Below, piece after piece: positions 17,890 through 26,414 of a stretch of DNA of 47,927 bases. The position numbers and the translations under genes were made by a program. Below the pieces are notes generated by a model. The model was not told the origin of the DNA, made no database searches, and saw only the letters and a program-made list of their open reading frames with translations. Each line of letters starts with the position of its first letter. The first letter of the stretch is position 1. The DNA is taken from the sequence record SRR20825019_2198. One strand, given 5' to 3'.

Positions 17890-18572
17890 CCGCCGCCCAG
17901 CCTCCCGTCCCGCTGTTCCCGAGCGAGGGCATTGTTTTCCTGCGTACGCTCGCGGAAAACAATAACCGCGAGTGGTTCACGGCACACAAAAAGACCTTTG
18001 AGGTGCATGTTAAAAAGCCTGTCACCCTGCTCGGTGAAGCTATCGCCCTTGGGCTTGAAGCCCGCCTGAAAGCGCCGATGACCTGCAAGGTTTTTCGCAT
18101 CTACCGCGATGTACGTTTCTCGAAAGACAAAACGCCCTTCAACTGCCATATCCGCATGGCCTTCTGGCCGGGTGGTGGCAAGAAGGCCCGTGCGGCGCCC
18201 GCCCCCGCTTTTTACCTGTCTATTGAGCCAGGTGAGTTGATCTGCGGCGCAGGGGCCGTTGCCTTCTCGCCTGAAATTCTGGACGCCTTCCGGCGCCACA
18301 TTGAGGATGATCAGGCAGCGGCCGATCTGATCGCCTTGATGCACAAACTCACAAGCACAGGCCACCGTATTGATGAGCCGGAGCTGAAGCGCACGCCTTC
18401 GGGCTTTGCTAACGCGAGCGACGAAACGACCGTCCTGCTCAGGCGCAAAAGTCTGAGCGCATGGAAACATATCCCCCATAGCGCGCGGCCCACAGGCATC
18501 GCCACGGATACCTGCCTGCAGGCGTTTGAGACCCTGATGCCGCTTTATAGCTGGATGGCGACGAAGCTTTAG
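17886..18572 (+). CDS. DUF2461 (TIGR02453-like) protein
   Basis: LAENNNREWF, FRIYRDVRFSKDKTP, LKRTP; ATGA coupling to the TfoX gene. Confidence 0.88.
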   Translation: MTAAQPPVPLFPSEGIVFLRTLAENNNREWFTAHKKTFEVHVKKPVTLLGEAIALGLEARLKAPMTCKVFRIYRDVRFSKDKTPFNCHIRMAFWPGGGKKARAAPAPAFYLSIEPGELICGAGAVAFSPEILDAFRRHIEDDQAAADLIALMHKLTSTGHRIDEPELKRTPSGFANASDETTVLLRRKSLSAWKHIPHSARPTGIATDTCLQAFETLMPLYSWMATKL

Positions 18573-19921
18573 TTCGCACCATGTTTTTGAATGGCGTCAT
18601 AGCGCGCGCCATATGCCCGCGCGAATGGTGCGAGCCGCATGGCTTTCTCATAATTTTCAAGCGCGCTTTTTATGTCACCCTCACTCGCCTGTGCTTCCGC
18701 AAGCAGCGACAGGGCGTAATGATCTCCCGGCGCGAGAGTGAGGGCACGCTCAAGCGCTTGCTGTGCCCGCGCATTATCCTTCTCCCGAAACAGGTAAACC
18801 GATGCTTCATCCACCGCCGACAGATGATCCCCCTCAAGCACTGTAACGGTGGCCGGCACATTGGGTACAAGATCAGAAGGCACAAGATCGGGCCAGCGGG
18901 CAGCCAGTGCCGCAAGGCTATTTTGTGCCATCACATGGTCTGGTTTTTCAACCAGTAAATGGGTAAGGTCAGCCACTGCATTTTGTACTGCACCCCGGTT
19001 CGAAAGCTGCGCCATATAGCGCCCATGCCAGAAGTTTTGGTCCACATTCAGCGCTGGCGCTCCGGCCCTTGCTACCATAGGGTTTGGCACACCGACCTTC
19101 TCGATCATGCTCGCCAGCAGGGTGAAATAGCTTTCAGCCGAACCGTCCGCATCAAACGCGCCAGACCAGATAACTTCTTCCTTGAGCGGCACACTAAGGC
19201 TTAGGAGCACAAGCGGCGAACCGCCTTCATCGATCAGCGTTCCCTTGATCAGGTAAACCGGCGTGTCTTCACCATAGCGCGTGAAAATGCCGCCCGTTGG
19301 GTCGGGCGCATCAAAGTTCCACCAGTGGCGGATAACCAAAACCTCCGGCACCCGGGAGAGATAATAGGACGCCAGTTCACTGAGTGCTATGGCACGCCTG
19401 ACATCTGCGTCAGTGCCGGACGGTGCCCGGATATCTTTGAGGGTGAGGATAATGCCGGGCTTCTCAGCTGCCACCGGCGGCGTGACCGAAAGATCATCCC
19501 GCGACCAGAAAAGCCCAACAGCCAGAAGAAGAACCGCCACCGCGCCCAGCACCCACAAGGGGCCGCGCGCTGGCGCACTTTCCGCCCCACTTGTTGGCCG
19601 CAGGCGGTAGCCCCGCTTGGGCACGGTCTCTATATAGGGTTTCGCCCCTTCCGGGCTGGCAAGCGCTTTCCTGAGCTTGCTGATCGCAACCGGCACGGTC
19701 TGTTCGCTGACCGCGCGGCCATCCCATACGGCAGTGACAATCTCATCACGGGAGACAACCTCCCCCACGCGCGCATGAAGAAGCTCCAAAAGTGCCGACA
19801 CCTTGTCTTCAAGGCGGATGGGATCTTCACCAATCCGGCATAAGGTTTTGCTGGCCGGGTCAAATACCCAGGTGCCGATCTGGGCCGAGCCGTCACCTTC
19901 AGCTTTTCCTGCCACTGCCAT
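18569..19921 (-). CDS. CadC/ToxR-like transmembrane transcriptional regulator (wHTH-TM-periplasmic domain with TPR)
   Basis: GEVVSRDEIVTAVW...AISKLRKAL...IETVPKRGYRL winged helix; single TM; C-terminal TPR-like repeats. Confidence 0.85.
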   Translation of the reverse strand: MAVAGKAEGDGSAQIGTWVFDPASKTLCRIGEDPIRLEDKVSALLELLHARVGEVVSRDEIVTAVWDGRAVSEQTVPVAISKLRKALASPEGAKPYIETVPKRGYRLRPTSGAESAPARGPLWVLGAVAVLLLAVGLFWSRDDLSVTPPVAAEKPGIILTLKDIRAPSGTDADVRRAIALSELASYYLSRVPEVLVIRHWWNFDAPDPTGGIFTRYGEDTPVYLIKGTLIDEGGSPLVLLSLSVPLKEEVIWSGAFDADGSAESYFTLLASMIEKVGVPNPMVARAGAPALNVDQNFWHGRYMAQLSNRGAVQNAVADLTHLLVEKPDHVMAQNSLAALAARWPDLVPSDLVPNVPATVTVLEGDHLSAVDEASVYLFREKDNARAQQALERALTLAPGDHYALSLLAEAQASEGDIKSALENYEKAMRLAPFARAYGARYDAIQKHGAN

Positions 19922-20019
19922 GCCACATATCACTTTCTGTTTTCCTCGGCCGTCAGCTTAACAAGCCCCGCCCCCTGCATACCAGTGCAAAGCGCCGGAT
20001 AGGCGGTGCGCGGTGCAGA

Positions 20020-20047
20020 TTTAAGGTTTTCTTAAAGTGCATTAAGG
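20020..20047. promoter_or_regulatory. Triple TTAA direct repeat (candidate wHTH or CtrA site)
   Basis: TTAA at 20021, 20032 and 20042 between the divergent regulator and target. Confidence 0.45.
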
Positions 20048-20136
20048 CCAAAACCGCCCTTACGCTCAGGCATACGCGGCGCAAAAGCACCGCCATACAA
20101 TCACAAATGCAAGACGTCACGAACGCGAGGAACATC

Positions 20137-21255
20137 ATGAAACGCATCACACCCATATTTAGAAACGCGGCCCTGTTGATTGCAGGCCTCGGCATAACTG
20201 CCACCGCAAGCGCGGCCCCGGTAGCGATGACCCCCGAAGGGTGGGAGCTCAGCGAACAAAACGCCAGCTTTGAGCAACACATGGGCCGCGACAGCCTGAA
20301 ACTGAGCGGCGGCGTGGCCACCATCAAGGATGAAAGCTTCAAGAATGGTGTGATCGAGTTTGACATAGCCATGCCCGACGCGCGCGGCTTTGCCGGCATC
20401 TATTTCCGTGGGCGGGAAGGCCGAAACTCGGAAGAGTTTTACCTGCGCTCTCACCTTTCCGGCATGCCGGATGCCAACCAGTATACGCCTGTGTTTAACG
20501 GCACTAACGCGTGGCAGCTGCTGCACGGGCCACGATATAGCGCCCCCACCACCTATAACTTCGGCACATGGACCCATGTGAAACTTGTGGTCAAGGACGC
20601 GAAGATGGATGTCTATATCGACAGCGAAGACCCGGTGCTGCATGTGGACAGCCTGTTCCACGGCACCAGCGAAGGCAGCATCACGCTGACCGGCTTCATG
20701 AATGACTATTATTATTCAAACATTGATATCACCCACATCGATGATGTGTCCTTACGTGGTGAAGCGGCACCACTGCCTGACCTGCCCGAAAATCTGGTTA
20801 AGGGCTTCAGCGTCGGCAGCCGCGTTGTGGCGGCAGGTGCGGTTGAAGGCAAAACCATGCTCGACCCCGCGCTCCTTGAAGGCCAAACATGGCAGTGGCT
20901 GGATATCAATGAAGCAGGGTCCGCAAACCTTGCCCGGCTTGCACCCCGCACGCGGGAGGCCAACACCCAACTGGTGCGCGTGGAAATCACCGCAGACAAA
21001 GCCCAACTGCTGCCGTTCAAATATGGTTACAGCGACCGGGTGAGCCTGTTTGTGAACGGCGCAGCGCTCGCGCACGGCAACAACACCTACGCGAACCGGG
21101 ACTACCGCTACCTGGGCACCATCGGTTTGTTTGAAACGGCGTTCCTGCCGCTGAAAGCGGGCAAAAATGAAGTGATCTTCGCGGTGAGCGAGGCGTTTGG
21201 CGGCTGGGGCTTCATGGCCGCCGTGGATGTGCCGAAGGGCGTTTCCGTGCACTAG
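20137..21255 (+). CDS. Secreted hypothetical protein, beta-sandwich (DUF1080/ConA-like) N-domain
   Basis: Signal peptide ending ATASA; FKNGVIEFDI...GFAGIYFR...WTHVKLVV; GAGGA RBS. Confidence 0.7.
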   Translation: MKRITPIFRNAALLIAGLGITATASAAPVAMTPEGWELSEQNASFEQHMGRDSLKLSGGVATIKDESFKNGVIEFDIAMPDARGFAGIYFRGREGRNSEEFYLRSHLSGMPDANQYTPVFNGTNAWQLLHGPRYSAPTTYNFGTWTHVKLVVKDAKMDVYIDSEDPVLHVDSLFHGTSEGSITLTGFMNDYYYSNIDITHIDDVSLRGEAAPLPDLPENLVKGFSVGSRVVAAGAVEGKTMLDPALLEGQTWQWLDINEAGSANLARLAPRTREANTQLVRVEITADKAQLLPFKYGYSDRVSLFVNGAALAHGNNTYANRDYRYLGTIGLFETAFLPLKAGKNEVIFAVSEAFGGWGFMAAVDVPKGVSVH

Positions 21256-21281
21256 TCCACCCTCATGCAACCCGCGAAAGC

Positions 21282-21316
21282 CCGCTCGTGCCAAAAGTCT
21301 GGCACGGGCGGTTCTT
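21282..21316. terminator. Hairpin terminator between convergent genes
   Basis: CCGCTCGTGCCA-aaagtc-TGGCACGGGCGG then ttcttgttt. Confidence 0.6.
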
Positions 21317-21330
21317 GTTTGGTGGCAAGC

Positions 21331-21996
21331 TTATGCCGCAGCGCGCCAATGGGGTGGGTAGGTGCGGTCAAAGTTTTCAAGCGCTTCAATGCGCTCCATA
21401 AGTGGCAAGAAGGCGGGGAAACTTTCCTCAAAGTTCAGAAAGTCAGCGCCGTAAGCGTCCCGGAGGCGCGGCCCCACCCGGCGTAGAAGCGCCACTTGCG
21501 GGTATAGCGTCACGTCTGCCGCGCTCAGGCTGTCGCCCACAATATAGCCGCTAGCCCCAAGCCAACCGTGCACAGTCTCCAACTCCGACTTCAGCTTCTC
21601 AAGGTTTGCTTTTATCTCACCGTCTTTGCCTTCAGCCTCACCCCTGAAGATTGGGGCCAAAATGCTGCTGATGGTATTGCCCAGATAATTCTCAAGCTCT
21701 GCATAGCGCTGCCAGATAAGGGCGTGCTCACGGCCTTCCGTGCCAAAGATCGGCACGTCAGGGTAGGTTTTTTCAAGGTAAGCCATAATGGCGGTGGATT
21801 CGTAAATAGTGATATCACCGTCGATCAGCACCGGAATTTTACCGCGCGGGTTGCGCGCCAGATGCTCAGCAGACTGCGTGTCCCCTTTGGAGAAATGCAG
21901 CTCAACTGCCTCATACTCGAGGCCCTTCAGCTCCATCGCCAACATGACCCGCCATGAGTAAGGGCTGCCGCTACCAAAATAAACAGTGAGTGCCAT
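21331..21996 (-). CDS. Glutathione S-transferase family protein
   Basis: GSPYSWRV, NPRGKIPVL, ESTAI, LSAAD, YPPHW. Confidence 0.9.
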   Translation of the reverse strand: MALTVYFGSGSPYSWRVMLAMELKGLEYEAVELHFSKGDTQSAEHLARNPRGKIPVLIDGDITIYESTAIMAYLEKTYPDVPIFGTEGREHALIWQRYAELENYLGNTISSILAPIFRGEAEGKDGEIKANLEKLKSELETVHGWLGASGYIVGDSLSAADVTLYPQVALLRRVGPRLRDAYGADFLNFEESFPAFLPLMERIEALENFDRTYPPHWRAAA

Positions 21997-22157
21997 GGAT
22001 ATTCCTTCCCGTTGTTGTGAAAACTGAGCTTCATATCTCGGCGCGTGGCGGGAATTTGTAAGAGCATAAATTTGAAACAGGTGTGTTCAAAAATGCACCA
22101 ACAGAAAAAGAACATGCGGGATCACGCCAAAGCGGGATCATCCGGCCCTCACAAAAC

Positions 22158-22230
22158 AGTTCACCGCTTGGTAAACTTTCTCTTGACATCATAGCTGCGT
22201 GCCTCAATACTTCACCGCATGGTGAACTAT
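22158..22230 (+). promoter_or_regulatory. Promoter and two palindromic operators of the ArsR operon
   Basis: TTGACA(22183)-17-AATACT(22206); TTCACCgcatGGTGAA (22211-22226) and TTCACCgcttGGTAAA (22160-22175). Confidence 0.7.
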
Positions 22231-22554
22231 ATAGAAAATGATATTGGCCGCACCTTTGCTGCACTGACCGACCCCAACAGGCGGGCAATGCTGCTGCGGC
22301 TTGAAGAGAACAGGGCCGTGACGGTGAGCGAGCTTGCCGCTCCCTTGCCGATCAAATTGCCTGCGGTGATGAAACATCTGGATGTGCTGGAAGGTGCGGG
22401 GCTGATCAGCCGCGCAAAAGAAGGCCGAACCGTCACCGTTCATCTGACCCCCCAGCCAATGGAGGAAGCCATGCTGTGGCTCAGGAAATATGAACACTTC
22501 TGGTCGAAGAGCCTCGACCGGTTGGTGGAATTTGTTGAAGGAGAAGAAAAATGA
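22219..22554 (+). CDS. ArsR/SmtB-family transcriptional repressor
   Basis: FAALTDPNRRAML...VSELA...KHLDVLEGAGLI...GR. Confidence 0.92.
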   Translation: MVNYIENDIGRTFAALTDPNRRAMLLRLEENRAVTVSELAAPLPIKLPAVMKHLDVLEGAGLISRAKEGRTVTVHLTPQPMEEAMLWLRKYEHFWSKSLDRLVEFVEGEEK

Positions 22555-23000
22555 ACACGACAACGATGAGCAAGCCAAGTCTGACGCTCAAGCGTCGCAT
22601 CAAGGCATCGCCCGAGAAGGTTTATGCCGCTTTTACCGACCCTGTGGTGATGCGCCAGTGGTGGGGGCCTTCTGCGGATTATAAAATCCTGCTCGCGGAG
22701 GCCGACGTGCGTGTTGGTGGTCGCTTCCGGGTGATCATGCAGGACCCATCCGGCGAAAAGGACGATGTCAGCGGCACCTATAAGGAAGTGGTTGAGAATG
22801 AAAAGCTCGTGTTTTCCTGGGCATGGATCACCACGCCGGAGCGGGAATCGCTTGTCACCGTCACGATCACAAAAACCGACGATGGGTCTATGCTGACACT
22901 CTATCACTCGCAGTTCTTCGATGAAGCCGCGCGCGACGGCCATAACCAAGGCTGGTCTGGCGCGCTCGACAAGCTGGAAGCGTTGTTCGCAACCCCTTAA
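22551..23000 (+). CDS. SRPBCC/AHSA1 ligand-binding domain protein
   Basis: ASPEKVYAAFTDP..QWWGP, DVRVGG, GHNQGW..LDKL. Confidence 0.9.
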   Translation: MNTTTMSKPSLTLKRRIKASPEKVYAAFTDPVVMRQWWGPSADYKILLAEADVRVGGRFRVIMQDPSGEKDDVSGTYKEVVENEKLVFSWAWITTPERESLVTVTITKTDDGSMLTLYHSQFFDEAARDGHNQGWSGALDKLEALFATP

Positions 23001-23047
23001 CGCCGAACCTGCAAAAAACAAGAAAACAGACAGACGAGGAAAAACAG

Positions 23048-23671
23048 ATGAAACTCTATATGGGACAGGGGCCCAACCCCTTTCGTGTGCATGCGTTTTT
23101 GCTGGAAAAAGGCATAAACGATGCAGACCTTGGCATTGAGCGCATTGAAATAAGCTTTGAGAAAGGAGAGCATAAATCTCCCGGCTTTCTCAAGGTCAAT
23201 TCACTGGGCCAAATACCGGTGCTTGAGCTGGATGACGGCACCATTATCACCGAAAGCATGGCTATCTGCCGGTACTTTGACGGACTGTCGCCAGAGGTGC
23301 CCCTGTTCGGCTCCACCCCCAAAGAGCAGGCGGTGATTGAGATGTGGCAACGACGGGCCGAGAATGAAATTCTCGCCAACATCGGCGGCATTGCCTTTCA
23401 CTCCGACCCGTTTTTTAGGGACCGTGTTATTCAGGTGCCGGAATATGCGACTGCGCAACGCGAGCTGATGCCGCGCAAGCTGAAGTGGTTCGACAATGAA
23501 TTGTCAGATGGTCGTCCGTACCTTGCAGGGGAAAACTTTAGCGTTGCCGACATTACCGGCATGGCAGCCCTGATGGTCGCCAGCTTTTTTGAGGTTGACG
23601 TTCCGGCGTCGCTTGAGCATATGCAACGGTGGTCAGCCAACATAACAAAACGCCCAAGCTGGCCATTCTAG
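23048..23671 (+). CDS. Glutathione S-transferase family protein
   Basis: PNPFRV, GQIPVLELDDG, ESMAIC, FSVADIT. Confidence 0.9.
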   Translation: MKLYMGQGPNPFRVHAFLLEKGINDADLGIERIEISFEKGEHKSPGFLKVNSLGQIPVLELDDGTIITESMAICRYFDGLSPEVPLFGSTPKEQAVIEMWQRRAENEILANIGGIAFHSDPFFRDRVIQVPEYATAQRELMPRKLKWFDNELSDGRPYLAGENFSVADITGMAALMVASFFEVDVPASLEHMQRWSANITKRPSWPF

Positions 23672-23709
23672 AAATTCCAGAAGAAGCGGGTTACCCGCCG
23701 GAGACAATA

Positions 23710-25251
23710 GTGAGCACGACAGCAACACCCGCCAAGGCAACACGCCGGGAATGGATCGGCCTTGCCGTTCTGGCCCTGCCCTGCATGCTTTATTCCATGG
23801 ACCTCACGGTCCTCAATCTTGCCGTTCCGCACCTGAGCGCGGACCTGAAGCCCACCAGCGCCGAGCTATTGTGGATCGTGGACATCTACGGTTTCATTCT
23901 CGCGGGCGCCTTGATCCCCATGGGCACGCTGGGCGACAAGATCGGCCGACGTAAGTTGCTTCTGTGGGGTGCGACCGCCTTTGGCCTTGCCTCCATCCTC
24001 GCGGCCTTCTCCACAAGTGTGGAGATGCTGATCATCTCCCGCGCGCTTTTGGGGTTGGCGGCGGCGACGCTTGCGCCCTCAACCCTGTCGCTGATCCGCA
24101 ACATGTTTCATGACCCGGTTGAGCGCACCACCGCAATCGGGGTCTGGATCGCCAGCTTTTCAGCGGGCGGCGCGCTCGGCCCGGTGCTTGGCGGCATCCT
24201 CCTCGAATATTTCCACTGGGGTTCCGTGTTCCTGATCAATGTTCCCATAATGCTGCTTCTGCTCGCTATCGCGCCTGCGCTTTTGCCTGAGTTCAAGGAC
24301 CCGAATGCCGGAAAGCCGGATATGCTAAGCGGCTTTCTCTCGGTTATCATGGTGCTGGGGGTTATTTTTGGTATCAAACGCTTTGCTGAATTTGACTTCA
24401 GTGCCGTGCCTTTCCTCACCATCGCGCTGGGGCTTGTGGTTGGCATGGTTTTCACTCGGCGCCAAAAGAAACTTGCGGAACCGTTTATCGACCTCGCACT
24501 TCTGAAGAACCGCTCGTTCACGGCCGGGTTGGCGGTCAACCTGTTCAGCATTTTCACCTGCTTTGCCTCCTTCTTGTTGTTCGCGCAATATCTGCAACTT
24601 GTGCTTGGCCTTTCGCCCCTTGTGGCCGGGTTATGGTCAGCGCCCACGGGGCTTGTGTTTGTTATTGGCTCCACAATGACGCCAAGGCTTTTGCGCAGCT
24701 TAAGCCCATCACGCATTATCAGCGGCGGGCTTACCCTCGCGGTGATCGGTTTTGTTGCCATCGCGGGCTTGATTGACGGCCATAATCTGCCGCTGTTTGT
24801 GTTTGCCTACACCCTTATGTGCGCAGGCTTTGCGCCCGTGTTTACGCTCACGACCGACATGATCATGACCGCAGCACCGCCGGAGCGCGCTGGCGCTGCC
24901 TCCGGCATCGCGGAAACCGCAACAGAGTTTGGCGGGGCCTTGGGCATTGCCGTGCTCGGCAGTTTGGTAACCGCCATCTACCGCAGCCGTTTGGTTGATG
25001 CCCCGATGGTGGGTGTACCGCTTGATGTAGCGGATGCGGCGCGGGACACCCTGGGTGCGGCTATCGCGGCATCGGAAACCTTGCCGGATGCGCAAGCGAC
25101 CGCGCTTGAGCTTGCAGCCCGCGCGGCCTATATCGATGCCTACCAGGCGGCGGCCATCACCTGTGCTGTGGTTGTTGGTTTTGTGCTGATGCTGACATCG
25201 CGCAGGTTACGTCGGCTGGACGAGAAAATGCAGGCGGCAGAGGTTTCATAA
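23710..25251 (+). CDS. MFS drug:H+ antiporter, DHA2 (SmvA/QacA-like, 14 TM)
   Basis: DLTVLNLA, LWIVDIY, GTLGDKIGRRK, GPVLGG, WGSVFLINVP; GTG start with GGAG RBS. Confidence 0.9.
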   Translation: MSTTATPAKATRREWIGLAVLALPCMLYSMDLTVLNLAVPHLSADLKPTSAELLWIVDIYGFILAGALIPMGTLGDKIGRRKLLLWGATAFGLASILAAFSTSVEMLIISRALLGLAAATLAPSTLSLIRNMFHDPVERTTAIGVWIASFSAGGALGPVLGGILLEYFHWGSVFLINVPIMLLLLAIAPALLPEFKDPNAGKPDMLSGFLSVIMVLGVIFGIKRFAEFDFSAVPFLTIALGLVVGMVFTRRQKKLAEPFIDLALLKNRSFTAGLAVNLFSIFTCFASFLLFAQYLQLVLGLSPLVAGLWSAPTGLVFVIGSTMTPRLLRSLSPSRIISGGLTLAVIGFVAIAGLIDGHNLPLFVFAYTLMCAGFAPVFTLTTDMIMTAAPPERAGAASGIAETATEFGGALGIAVLGSLVTAIYRSRLVDAPMVGVPLDVADAARDTLGAAIAASETLPDAQATALELAARAAYIDAYQAAAITCAVVVGFVLMLTSRRLRRLDEKMQAAEVS

Positions 25252-26163
25252 GCCCGCCTGTTCAATCGGGGCCTGGACCACGATCTGTTGCTTTGACTGC
25301 GGGCGGGCTTCACCGCCTGCCATCAGGCCGGTGATCTGTCCGCCTGTCGTCTTGAGCTGTACCTCAATCTCGCTGATCGACGGTGTGGCCATGAAGCGCC
25401 CCTGCTCGATCACCATCCGGTCTTCCTTGAGCCCAAAGCGGTCATACAGCAGGCAGGCAAGTGGCCCGGCGGCCATGCCGGTGGCGGCTTCTTCCTCAAT
25501 GCTATACCGCGGGCCAAACATGCGCGCTGTGGCCGCCACACCTTTTTCCGGCGTATTTGGCGTAAACACATAATATCCCACAAGATTTAGTGTTTCACTT
25601 ATCGCCACAACCGCGCCCCGGTTTGGCCGCAGTTTCGACAATACCGCCGCATCTCGCACGCCAATGAGCATGAAACTATTGCCTGTGTTCACAAGGATAG
25701 GCTCTCCGCCCGCGATGAGGTCATTCCTCGTAATCCCAAGGGACGCAAGCACATCCTCCTCACTAATCCCTTGCCAAAGAGGTGATTTTTCATACCGCGG
25801 GGCGATCTGCTCCATATAGGCACGATGACCCTGAATGATGATTTTACGCGGGCCGTCCACCGTATGTTTGACGGTTTCACCCTGGCCAACAATACCAAGC
25901 CGCGCCATATGGGAGAAAACCGCGATCGTTGCGTGCCCGCAATGAGCAATACGCCGATTGGGGGTAAAGAAATCAAGCCGAAACCCGCTCTCTGCGTGCG
26001 GTGAGACAAAGGCGGTTTCCGACAAGCCCGCCTTCAGCGCAATAGCCTGCATATCGGCTTCGCTCAGGTTCCCGGCATCCAGCACCACCCCTGCAGGGTT
26101 GCCCCCATCGCCGTTTTTCACGAACGCGTCTATGATACTCAAGTCAATAGCCCGGCGTTTCAT
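25246..26163 (-). CDS. PhzF/diaminopimelate-epimerase-like family protein
   Basis: DAF..GNPAGVV, SETAF, FFTP, CGHAT, ARMF, EEAATG, EQG. Confidence 0.88.
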   Translation of the reverse strand: MKRRAIDLSIIDAFVKNGDGGNPAGVVLDAGNLSEADMQAIALKAGLSETAFVSPHAESGFRLDFFTPNRRIAHCGHATIAVFSHMARLGIVGQGETVKHTVDGPRKIIIQGHRAYMEQIAPRYEKSPLWQGISEEDVLASLGITRNDLIAGGEPILVNTGNSFMLIGVRDAAVLSKLRPNRGAVVAISETLNLVGYYVFTPNTPEKGVAATARMFGPRYSIEEEAATGMAAGPLACLLYDRFGLKEDRMVIEQGRFMATPSISEIEVQLKTTGGQITGLMAGGEARPQSKQQIVVQAPIEQAGL

Positions 26164-26361
26164 TTCATGATTTCCTTTCATGTCTGCAAAGGCAGATTCA
26201 TACGTACAGCTATATTTATTCATGATTATCAGCCGGTACACTGACCTTATGGTCTTATATTAATGCATATATTCATGAATATCTGAGCACACGAGCGCCT
26301 CTTTGGCACACCCTGTTCACGAAAAATAACGTCCGCGGGCATTTTCCCGGATTCCGCTGTT

Positions 26362-26380
26362 GCAATTGATAACCATTCTT
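26362..26380 (+). promoter_or_regulatory. Fur-like iron box
   Basis: GCAATTGATAACCATTCTT matches 13/19 of GATAATGATAATCATTATC, about 35 bp upstream of a siderophore-type receptor. Confidence 0.55.
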
Positions 26381-26414
26381 ATTATTAACTTCCCCACCTC
26401 AGGGAGTTAAAGAC

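Noticed and set aside
25246-26163. Phenazine biosynthesis cluster
   Set aside because: Lone PhzF-family gene with no phzA/B/D/E/G
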